From: Malacoraja senta
Taxonomy: Eukaryota
Direction: 5' to 3'
Assembly: GCA_038087875.1 (NCBI GenBank)
Contig: CM075992.1
Location: 7,132,001-7,196,000 of the forward strand
Length of the DNA: 64,000 bases
Each line of letters opens with the position of its first letter. The stretch's first letter is position 1. Both the position numbers and the translations under genes were made by a program. The notes under the pieces were generated by a model. That model was not told where the DNA came from. It saw nothing but the letters and a program-made list of their open reading frames with translations, and did no database searches. This document shows positions 38,551-49,070 of this stretch, piece after piece.

Positions 38551-39476
38551 ACAACAGCAGGGTAAAATACTTTTGGATGATTGTGCGTAATGTGCAGGAT
38601 CTGCAACATATCCAATCTTGAGACTGAAGAAGGGTCCTGACCCGAAATTACACTTATCCATGTGCTACACAGAAGCTGCCTGACCAGCTGAGTTACTCCA
38701 GTATATTGTGTCTTTGTTTTTGTAAACCAGCAGCAACTGTTCCTTGTTGAATACATCTGTTCCTACCCATTTGAAATGTGGCGAGGCCCACAGTTGGAAT
38801 ATTGTGTTCAGTTTTGGTCACCCTGTTGCAGGGAAGATGTCATCAAGCTGGAAAGGTGCAGACAAGTTTTGTGAGGATGTTGTCAGGGCTCAAGGGCCTG
38901 AGCTATAGGGAGAGGCTGAGCAGGCTGGGACTATTCATTGGAGCGCAGGAGGACGAGGAAATCTTATAGAGGTGTATAAGATCACGAGGGGGATAGGGTA
39001 AATGCACAAAATACCCAGAGTAGGAGAATCAAGAGCCAGAAGACACGGGTTGAAGGTGCGGGGAAAGATTTGATAGGATCCTGAGGGGCAACCTTTTCAC
39101 AGAAAGAGTGATGGGGGTATGGAACAAGCTGCGAGATGAAGTAGTTGAGGCAGGTACTATCGCAACAGTTAGACAGGTACATGGATAGGATAGGTTTAGA
39201 GGGAATGGACCAAACGCAGGCAGGTGAGACTCGTGTAGATGGGACATGTGGTCGGTGCGGATAAGTTGGGCCGAAGGTACTAATTCCACGCCGTATGACT
39301 CTATAACTCTATGACTGTGGCCAAATGTTCTAACCTTGATGGAACGTGTGTTGAACATTTTAAACGTTCAGTCGCAGAAAATACTTGGCTATTCTGTCCG
39401 TTCCCTGGGTCTCTCCCAGGAAAGGTTTGGAGTCTTTTTCACTGGTCTATTGCTGACTGCCGCTTCCACTTCGCAG

Positions 39477-39596
39477 AACGTGGCGTTCAGCCAGCGGAGA
39501 CTGCCCGAGGAAAACCGAGCCCTTCGGTCGTCTACTCTCTCCTGGGCGTCACCATCCTGCTGTTCGTTCTGACTCGCGGCATTGCTGTGATATTGA
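39477..39596 (+). CDS. Lectin A transmembrane (signal-anchor) exon, 120 nt
   Basis: TCGCAG| … TTGA|GTAAGT; RGVQPAETARGKPSPSVVYSLLGVTILLFVLTRGIAVIL; paralogous to 63177-63296. Confidence 0.85.
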
Positions 39597-41031
39597 GTAA
39601 GTTTGGGGAAATATTGAATATTGGAAATGGGGAACTTGTTCTGCTGTATTTGTGATTGAGCAAGACTGCTGTGGTGGAAAGGAAGTGATCATTGACTTCA
39701 TAGCTTCAGGAAGAGCGTGACAATACATACGGAAGTGTGAAATACATTCATACAGAGACACACGTCATGGGTAAAGGCCATTCGGCCCGCCACATCCGCA
39801 CTGGCCAGTGGGACACATCATTATTAATCCCATGTTCCAGCCTTCTACGTCTAAGTGATTGAAGTCCTAGTCTGCAGACATTACTTAAATGCTGTCAGCG
39901 ACTTTACTTCTATTGTTGTCCCAGGCAGTGTATTGCAGGTACATCTCAAAATTCCATACTTCATTACCGTGTAATTATGCCCTTTAGGTTTATCTACGGT
40001 AGGATTTTTTGTAGTGCATTCTATCTATAATCCTCATAATTTCACATACCCCAATCTTATCGCCTGTTATCCTTTCCTGCTGCAGAAAAAACCCAGACAT
40101 TGTTTCCTCTTTTCATCATAACTGAAACACTTCATCCCAAACAATATCCTGGTCAATCTCCTCTGTACCATTTCCAGCACTCTCACGTCATTCCTGCACC
40201 GTGGTGATCTGAACTGCACTAGAATTCCAGTTGAGGTCTGACTAATATTTTATATATTTTGACTATACCCTCCTTGTTATTGCATTCAATGCACTGACTA
40301 ATGATTACAAACTTCAGGGGTCCCGGTATCTATCCTCGTGGGGCGCAACTAGTCACGGGCAACCGATCACAAAACAATCCTTTATTTTCACTGCGTATAT
40401 AGATAGAAAGGTTCAACACAAGAACCAGTCCTTTCGCCTACCGTATCTGGAATAACTATGAAGCCAGAATAAAACAACCTCATCTGCCCGCAGATAGTCG
40501 TTGTGCCTCTGGTACCTGCTTGTTGATATGTTTCAGGGAGTTATGCAATTGCAACCCAAGATCCCAATGTACATCAACGTTTCTGCAGGATATCCCAAAA
40601 AGCAACACCTCACAGTCGTCTGGGTTGAACTCCGCATGTCATTTGACAACCTTCCTCACTGTTTACCATGCCCCCATGTTTCACGCACCGCTTCATCTAT
40701 ATTGTCATTCAAAATCCGTGATACATATTGTAAAGAGCAGAGGCCCTAACACTGATCCTTATGAAACACCACTGGTCACAGACCGCCAGGCAGAAACACC
40801 ACCACCACCACCACTACTTTTTTGTCAATTTTGGAATCGATGAACTAATTCACCGGCTACAACTGATACAATGCTCGCAGGTCTCAAATGACCAAACGTT
40901 ACTCCACCAGTAGAAGCGCCAGTTTATTTATTGCAGAGCCCGGCTAATAGGAGCTGATAATCCTTGGGGATGGCGGCGGAAAATCCCGCGTATGTTGACG
41001 TATGAAATTCAAAAAATTGTTTCACTTTCAG

Positions 41032-41100
41032 TGGCACAAATGTTGAGTGGAAAGCAAATGTCTGACAGTGGTTTTCGGGTGGAGAATTCCCAGGCTCATG
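41032..41100 (+). CDS. Lectin A neck exon, 69 nt
   Basis: TTTCAG| … ATG|GTGAGT; phase 1-1; AQMLSGKQMSDSGFRVENSQAH; same length as the lectin B neck exon. Confidence 0.7.
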
Positions 41101-43043
41101 GTGAGTGCGAAATCCAATCTGATTTATTTCTATATCCCTAATTCAGAGAATTATGTAGCCGTTCAGGATGTTTGGGCATTCTGCAGACTACCGACATAAA
41201 ATCACATGGAACTACTTTTCAGGGTTCAATTCGCAACAGGGGAAGACGTACCGTCTGGGTGAAACCCGGGGCAACAGAAATCATGTATTTTTATCTAAGG
41301 TTTGATGCTGAAACTAGAATTGATCACAGAGCTCTACACCGATGGCACGTTGTACCGTTCATTGTTATTCTGTCTCGGGGTGGCAAGATAGAACCTGCGT
41401 TGTGGAATATTTCCACACCCGGGTCCAGCGGACCGAGAGAGAGCACGAAATTACGGTGTCAAATAGCACGGAATCAAACCATTTGGCCCAACGTGTACAC
41501 GCGTCGATAAATACCTATCAATACTAATCCCATTTACCCGCACTCAGTATCCTAATGACCTCGAGATTCCGATGTACCTCTAGATACACAATTTCCTAAA
41601 TGTAATGAGAGCATTTGTCTCCACCATTCACTCAGGCACCCCTCAGAATCCAATATTATTATTGGATACCTTATTATCCTCTCCCTAAACATTATTGTCC
41701 TCTCCTTAAACCCATGTGCCCTAGTGCAGGTATCGCTGCTATGGGATCGTGTGCTGCTATCCACTGTCTACAGCCCTTAGAATTCTGTATGCCTCTATCA
41801 GTGCAGCCTCTGCCTCTGTGCTTCAGCTATACATTCTAAGTCATTTGGTGTTTCCTCTTATGACTAATCTCCTCACTCGCACTTCTCCGATTTTTGCATC
41901 ATCTACATATCTACTAATCATACCTCCCGCGTACGAATTCAAATCGTTTGTGCGTGGGTAACAAACAACAAGAGTCCCTGCACCAATAACTGTGATACAT
42001 CAATTGTAAGAGGCAACCATCACAAAACTAATGACCACAATTACCAACTATATCCCATTAGAAAGCCAATTTTGGATTCATTTGGCTAACCCACCTGGAC
42101 ATAGATGCCATCTTCCATTATAGGATCGTATCAAAGGCCATAAATAAGTCTATGAAAACTATATAAACTGCATTGGCTTCACCAAAACAATTTGTTAACT
42201 TTGAAAAAACTCATACTTGTCAGACCGGATCTGCTCCTTTCAAAACCAAGTTGACTATCTTTGATTAATTCCCGTCTCTGCAAGTGCATATTAATCCCCT
42301 TCCCTCGTTTTCCCTAGACTCACAAATGTATCCTGATGCGCCCCCTTCTGCAGTAAGGGTGCCAGATTTTCGGTGCTCCAGTCATCAAGCATCTCATCTG
42401 CGATGAGAGACGATTTAATAAGGTGAGAAGTTAACCAGGGGTCTATCGGAACACAAGGTCGAGAGGAAACCAACTCCTGGATAAGGGTTGAACTGGAAAA
42501 GAAAGAAGCAGAGATGCAGAGGGTTTAACAGGAGGTGAAGGATGCAGAAGAACAGTCGAGCGATCTGGATCAATCCCAGATAATTGCCAGAGAGCGGGCT
42601 TTGAGATCCCCAGAATTCCCTGTTGGAGTTAATAGTGACTCGGTCATATCCCTCGGTTTGGGATCTCCCACAACTAGATAGACCATCTCTCTTTCCATGC
42701 CCTTGGCGATTTACCATTTCAATTGAGCCTCCTTTGAAACAACTCACCGTGGAAAGGTCCAGGCTGATAGGTCCTGATGGGGATGACCTTTATGTACTAG
42801 AATCAACCACATAACTATTTCCTATAGCGCCCCTTGTGCGCCACTCTCCATCGTGCAAAACGGTGATCTGAGCAAGCGCTGCCTTTGAATGAGCGGCTGG
42901 CTCGATCATTCGATCAGGAGGCTTGAAGCTGCCACTCTGCTCCCTATGGGATTTGCAGACATCCTTGAAACACCCTCACCTTCAAGATGCTCCATTCTGT
43001 GGAATGACAGCTACCTCTGATGTTTCCTTCAATATTTTCACAG

Positions 43044-43189
43044 ATCGGCTTTATTGTGCAGTAGAATGGACTCGGTTCAAGCAAAACTGTTATCACTTTT
43101 CCACAAAGGCAAACGGGTGGGTGGAGGCCCAGAGATCCTGTGCGTCAGTGGATGCTCATCTTGTTGTCATTAACAATGCTGAGGAACAG
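43044..43189 (+). CDS. Lectin A CTLD exon 1
   Basis: DRLYCAVEWTRFKQNCYHFSTKANGWVEAQRSCASVDAHLVVINNAEEQ; canonical splice sites. Confidence 0.93.
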
Positions 43190-44236
43190 GTAGGAATGAA
43201 GCGTATAATTACACTAACCGGCAGTTAAATGTTCGTCGGCCGTTGAATGATGGTGCTGACACTTATGAGCACAGAGAAGCCTCGGCCGCTGCTGGATGTG
43301 TAATGGGCAATATACAACAAATAATAATCACTGAAGTCACAAAGAGGCAGGAGCAGCGGGTCAGGTAGCATCTCTGGAGAAAAGGAACATGACCCTGCTT
43401 CAGATTGAGAGTCTGGAGAGAGGGAAATGAGAGATGTAAAATTCTGTCTGAAGAAGGGACTTGATCCGAAACGTCACCCATTCCTTCTCTCCAGAGATGT
43501 TGCCTGTCGCGCTGAGTTATTCCAGGTTTTTGTGTCTATCGTCGAGAGATATGACAAGGTCCTCCTACACATAATACACACTGCCCCTTTAAGTAAAGTT
43601 TGAAAGGTTGTTGCCTGTGTTGGACGGCTTGGATTATAAAGAGATATTGAATAGGCTGGAGAAAATAAGGCCGAGAGCCATAGGTAGCCAAAGTGTAGAT
43701 AGTCAAAGTGTCCTTTTCCTCATGGTAGCGGAGACTACAACTAGAGGGTATATATTTAAGGGGAGATTTTAAGGGGATGTGAGGACAATGTTTGTGTACA
43801 GAGGATGGTGGGTATATGGAAGGAGGTAGTAGAGGCAGGTACAAATACAAAGTTTCATGTACACGGAGAGGAACGTTTTATAAGAAATGGACAAAACGTA
43901 AACAGATATGGTTATCTTAGACGTGCATCTTAGTCGTCCTGCATGGGATGGGTTGAAGGGCCTTTATCTGTGCTGTGTGACACAATGAATCTGTGAATCT
44001 ATGTATTATTATCTCCACAGTGTACTGTACTGTGGAGATAAGAATACGGCTCACTGCTCACTGCCAACTGACGCAATCAAAAACTGCACTCATTCCAATT
44101 TCAGCAATGCATTCGATTAGTTAGAAACAAATAGTTATTAGGCCTCTGGAGAAAGTGGCCAATGGAGAGTTTACCACAAATGCTACTAACGGCCATTGTT
44201 ATCTCCTGCACTGAAACTCGTTCGCTTACATGACAG

Positions 44237-44349
44237 GCATTTCTAAGAAAAGCGCTTCCGAACCAAACGCACTGGATTGGCCTCAGTGATATGGTTCACG
44301 CAGGTGACTGGCGCTGGGTGGACGGAACGGATTATTTCTCCTCTGTAAC
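44237..44349 (+). CDS. Lectin A CTLD exon 2 (113 nt)
   Basis: AFLRKALPNQTHWIGLSDMVHAGDWRWVDGTDYFSSV; WIGL motif; AG/GT. Confidence 0.93.
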
Positions 44350-45161
44350 GTGAGTTCCATTACAGTCGCATGTTGTGTGGCACATAGAGACAAGGAACTC
44401 CAAAGTGCACGATTACAAGCGAGACATCTACGATGTACAGTAAAGGGAATGACATGAATAACATTAAGCAAGGCACCCATCAGTGGTATTTAATTACTCT
44501 CTTCTATATGTAATTCTCTTTGGTTGCTTGGCTGAGCACAGTTCCAATCTCACTCAAGAAGATTGGCATTTTACAGGACAATCAGACCATCCAGACAATC
44601 AGGACAAGCACCCCACTAAATATACTACCTGACCATTCACGCCGTCGTTGATGCACACAGCTGCCACGTGTACCATCTACCAAATGCACTGTGATTACTC
44701 GCCCAGGCTTGACCACAATACCTCACTAACCCATAAACACTAAGTCTAGAGAGGGTAGAAGGCTTTTTATCCAGAGACACTGTCTGACCCACTGAGTTGC
44801 TCCAGCACTTTGTGTCTATCTTCGGAATAAACCAGCACCTGCAGTTCCTTTCTCACAAACTATAAGCACTAGCAGCTGGAAGGGCAAGCATACGGAAACA
44901 CCACCATCTTTCTTTTCTCTCCTTATCACGAATTGGCCTGACTTGGAAATGTAAGGCTGTTTTTTCATCGTTGACGGGTCAAATCCTGTACGTTCAGTAG
45001 TTCAGCAGCAGCTCAAGAAGGCTGCCCTTACCGTCTTCTGAAGGTCACTTAGGGATAGGCAGTAAATACTACTGGGACAAAATGCTGGAGTAACTCAGCG
45101 GGACAGGCAGCATCTCTGGAGAGAAGGACTGGGTGACGTTTCTGGTTGAGACCCTTCTTGT

Positions 45162-45189
45162 CTGAAGAAGGGTCTCGACCCGAAACGTC
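45162..45189 (+). ncRNA. Minimal hammerhead ribozyme-like motif in a Penelope-derived repeat (best-preserved copy)
   Basis: CTGAAGA-A-GGGTC-TC-GACCC-GAAAC-GTC; other good copies at ~20590-20617 (+), ~30990 (+), ~25334-25361 (-) and ~47784-47811 (-). Confidence 0.65.
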
Positions 45190-45420
45190 ACCCATTCCTT
45201 CTCACCCATTCCTTCTCACTATAGATTCTGTCTGTCCCGCTGAGTTACTCCAGCTTTTTGTTTCTATCTTCGGTGTAAACCAGCATGTGCAGTTCCTTCC
45301 TACACTGTAAATATACTGGGCTTGCTTGACACACTAACATCCAAAAAATGAATAAGGAAATAAAAGTGCGAATCGGGTAAGAAAAACATGATAAAAACTA
45401 ATATATTTTTCGTGGTTTAG

Positions 45421-45580
45421 ATTTTGGACTGAGGGAGAACCAAATAACCCACAATCCGAATGCTGTGTGGAGACGTATGCTAATGGCATGTGGAATGATC
45501 GGCAATGTAATGTTCATCGACGTTGGATCTGTGAGAAACCAGCTTCCACAACCTCCCCCTCCACACTACAACTGCCCTAA
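45421..45580 (+). CDS. Lectin A CTLD exon 3 (terminal); CD209/CLEC4-like
   Basis: FWTEGEPNNPQSECCVETYANGMWNDRQCNVHRRWICEKPASTTSPSTLQLP*; EPN and WND; candidate AATAAA at 46283. Confidence 0.93.
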
Positions 45581-46381
45581 ATCTAATGGGTCACATTCCG
45601 TTTTGCTCCTTTATATTAATCAGGCAGTGCTGACTCCCGAATGGCGCAATGGTCCCATTGCCCCTCATTGTGTGGACGCAAATCCAATTTTTTGAAACGC
45701 TTCAAAATGCCAGTGTTCACCGGGACAGGCAGCATCTCTGGAGAGAAGGAATGGGTGACGTGTCGGGTCGAGATCCTTCTTCTGTAGACTCGAAACGCCA
45801 CCCATTCCTTCTCTCCAGCCTGTCCCGCTGAGTTACTTTAGCATTTTGTGCATATCTTCGGTGTAAACCAGCATCTGCAGTTCCTTCCTACACACGTTTT
45901 CACCGGTCCTTCCCGTTTCCCGTCAGCTATCCAGCTTTGATCTCTATCTCTATCGCCGACTTGAGGGACCCAATGGTTTCCCCACAGCACCCTCTACCGT
46001 CGGCGATCAGAGCGCAGACTAATAGGTAGGTGGACTGGGTTCACCAACATCATAGCTCATCACAGGTAGACTGGCTTCCAGTGTGTAGCGTTGGCTCATT
46101 CTTGCCCCCCCCCCCCCACCTTTCCTCGCTCTCCTTCCATCTTCCACATCTCCAGGGTAGACGCAAAAAAGCTGGAGTAACTTAGCGGGTGAGGCAGCAT
46201 CTATGGAGAGACGGAATTATCGACGTTTCGTCCTCCATCTCTATCCTGATCATTGTGGTACCGTTCCTTTATGCATTGTTCCAATAAACACATTTCTCAC
46301 ACTCCATCGTCTTCAGCATGTGCTTTTGCAATGAAGTTTTAATCGCCTTTCCTCTGTGGGTTTGTGAGAACAGCATACATC

Positions 46382-46805
46382 TTGAGGGGGGATCTAGAAG
46401 ATTGAGGGGGGATCTTATAGAAACTTACAAAATTCTTAAGGTGTTGGACAGGTTAGATGCAGGAAGATTGTTCCCGATGTTGGGGAAGTCCAGAACAAGG
46501 GGTCACAGTTTAAGGATAAGGGGGAAGTCTTTTAGGACCGAGATGAGAATTTTTTTTTCACACAGAGAGTGGTGAATCTGTGAAATTCTCTACCACAGAA
46601 GGTAGTTGAGGCCAGTTCATTGGCTATATTTAAGAGGGAGTTAGATGTGGCCCTTGTGGCTAAAGGGATCAGTGGGTATGGAGAGAAGGCAGGTACAGGA
46701 TACTGAGTTGGATGATCAGCCATGATCATATTGAATGGCGGTGCAGGCTCGAAGGGCCGAATGGCCTACTCCTGCACTTATTTTCTATGTTTCTATGTTT
46801 CTATG
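46382..46805 (+). mobile_element. Short 5'-truncated CR1, same young family as 6238-7649
   Basis: RRLRGDLIETYKIL…; (TTTCTATG)n tail. Confidence 0.93.
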
Positions 46806-47718
46806 GGAAACCCCATATGTTAAATGATTACCACTTCTGCAAAGTTCTCAGCTGCCCTCCTCGTGTTCCACTCTCACCTCCCTCATGTATATGGGAGACC
46901 AATCGGCGCCGGGGGCTGTTTAATGGCCGGGACTTTAATTATAGGATTATTCACCAAGACTTGAAATTGTAAACGCTGCTGAAACCGGTTTAATTTTACT
47001 TGCTAACCACGATTCTTAATAAAATGGCTTTTTGTTTCCAGTTCCAGTTCTGGAATGTCATGAGTAACAGATCCAAATTCCCTAATTTTGGGTAAACCCT
47101 CCTTTTCATCCCTTTCTCCCCCCCTCCCCCCACGCCGATGTTCACCCATTCCTTCCTCTGTCCCGCCCCTCGCAATTCCTCTTTCACCTTTATTGCTCCC
47201 CCCTTATATTTCACTCCCCTTCTCCCCCTTTTGTCTTCTTTCCATCTCTAGCCTTTGCCCACCCATCAGCCAATAACCACCACCCCCATACCTGTATCCA
47301 CCTATCATTTGCCGGGCTTTGTCCACCTCTTTTCCACCTTTCACTTCCCTACTACAGTCAGTCATGGACGAAATTGTAAATGGGTTGGTTGGGATTGCTG
47401 GGGTCGTGGACTGTGAGGAACGCTGTCCAAGTATACAGTGGGATATAGATCAGCTACAGAAATAGGCGGATGGAGTTTAATTCGACCAATTGTGAGGTGT
47501 TGTACTTTGGGAGGTCAAATCGATGGGTGAAATATACAATTAATGGAATGTCACGACAGCATTGACGTACAGAGGGATCTTGGGGTCCGTCCATAACTCC
47601 CTGAAAGTGGCATCTCAGGTAGATAGAGTCATAAAGTAGGCATACGATATGCTTGCTTTCGCAGGTCGCATTGAGTGGAAGAGTCAGAAATAAAATGATG
47701 CAGCTTTATAGGACAGTG

Positions 47719-48003
47719 GTACACAAAAATGCTGGAGAAACTCAGCGGGTGCAGCAGCATCTATGGAGCGAAGGAAATAGGCAACGTTTCGGGCCGAAAC
47801 CCTTCTTCAGACTGATAGGGGGTGGGGAGAAGAAAGGAAAAAAAGGCGGAGGAGGAGCCCGGGGGCTGGGGGATGGGAGGAGACAACCAGAGGGCTGATG
47901 AAGGGGAGGGGACAGCAAGGGCTAGCAGAGTTGGGAGAATTCAATGTTCATGCCCCCAGGATGTAGACTGCCCAAGCGGAATATGAGGTGCATTTCCTCC
48001 AAT
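47719..48003 (-). mobile_element. Penelope-like 3' end (inverted), same subfamily as 30641-31117
   Basis: Reverse complement of LEEMHLIFRLGSLHPGGMNIEFS, UTR and hammerhead repeat. Confidence 0.88.
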
Positions 48004-49070
48004 ATTCCGCTGTGGTAAAAATTGGTAACCATGTCTCACTGGCTAGGTTCCTGAACATCGGCGCCCCCCAGGGTTGCATTTTATCACCTCTTCTGTACTC
48101 TGTATACACACATTTTTGCTGTTCACACTCTGACTCTGTCTTGTTATTTAAGTTTGCAGATGACACATCTGTGGTAGGTCTTATTACCAATAACATCGAA
48201 ACCGTTTACCGTAGGGAAGTAGAGGAGCTAGTAAGGTGGTGTGAGAACAACAACCTCATACTTAACATCTCAAAAACTAAGGAGCTGGTTGTTGATTTCA
48301 GAAAGAAGGCCACCCCCCTCCTCCCTCTCTTCATCAATGGAGAGGTGGTTGAGAGGGTCACCTTCTTTAAGTTCCTCGGGACCACCATACATCAATCCCT
48401 ATCATGGGAGCTCAACACTAGTCTCATAATCAGTAAGTGCCACCAGCGACTCAACTTCCTGCGGCAGCTCAAAAAATTCAGGGTCAGTCGACCAGCCATG
48501 ACACACTTCTATAGGTCTACCATAGAAAGCATACTCACATTCTCCATGCTTGTCTGGTATGGTCACACAACCTCGCAGGATAAGATTCGGCTGGAGAGAA
48601 TAGTGCGCCGAGCTTCTAAGATCATCGGTTGCAGCACACTTCCCTCAGTGACATCACTTTACTCAACAAGACTCACCAGAAAGGCCAAAAAAATCATAGC
48701 AGACCACTTTCACCCGGCACATCACCTCTTTAATCTCCTCCCATCAGGAAGGAGATATAGAAGCATTAAAAGTAAAACATCTCGCTTCAGAGACAGTACC
48801 TACCTCCAAGCCATCAGATATTTGAATTTGCACTAATCACTTTGCATTTTCTTTTGCACTTGCACCTACGTTTAACATGACGCTGCTGGGTACTGTCCTT
48901 CCTGTATATATTGTCCTTCGTACGATATTGTCTGTATTATTTATTATTTATTGTGGTGTATGTGGTGGATGTATTGTACTGAATTGTATCTGTCTGAGAG
49001 CGAACCAAGACACATTCCTATCAACTTGTTGACGTGGCAATAAACTTCTTGAATCTTGAATCTTGAATCT
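48004..49070 (+). mobile_element. 5'-truncated Rex1/Babar-clade LINE (RT C-terminal part open to 48836, 3' UTR, (TCTTGAA)n tail)
   Basis: GAPQGCILSPLLYSVYT, KFADDT, KTKELVVDFRK, FKFLG, LLPSGRRYRS. Confidence 0.92.
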
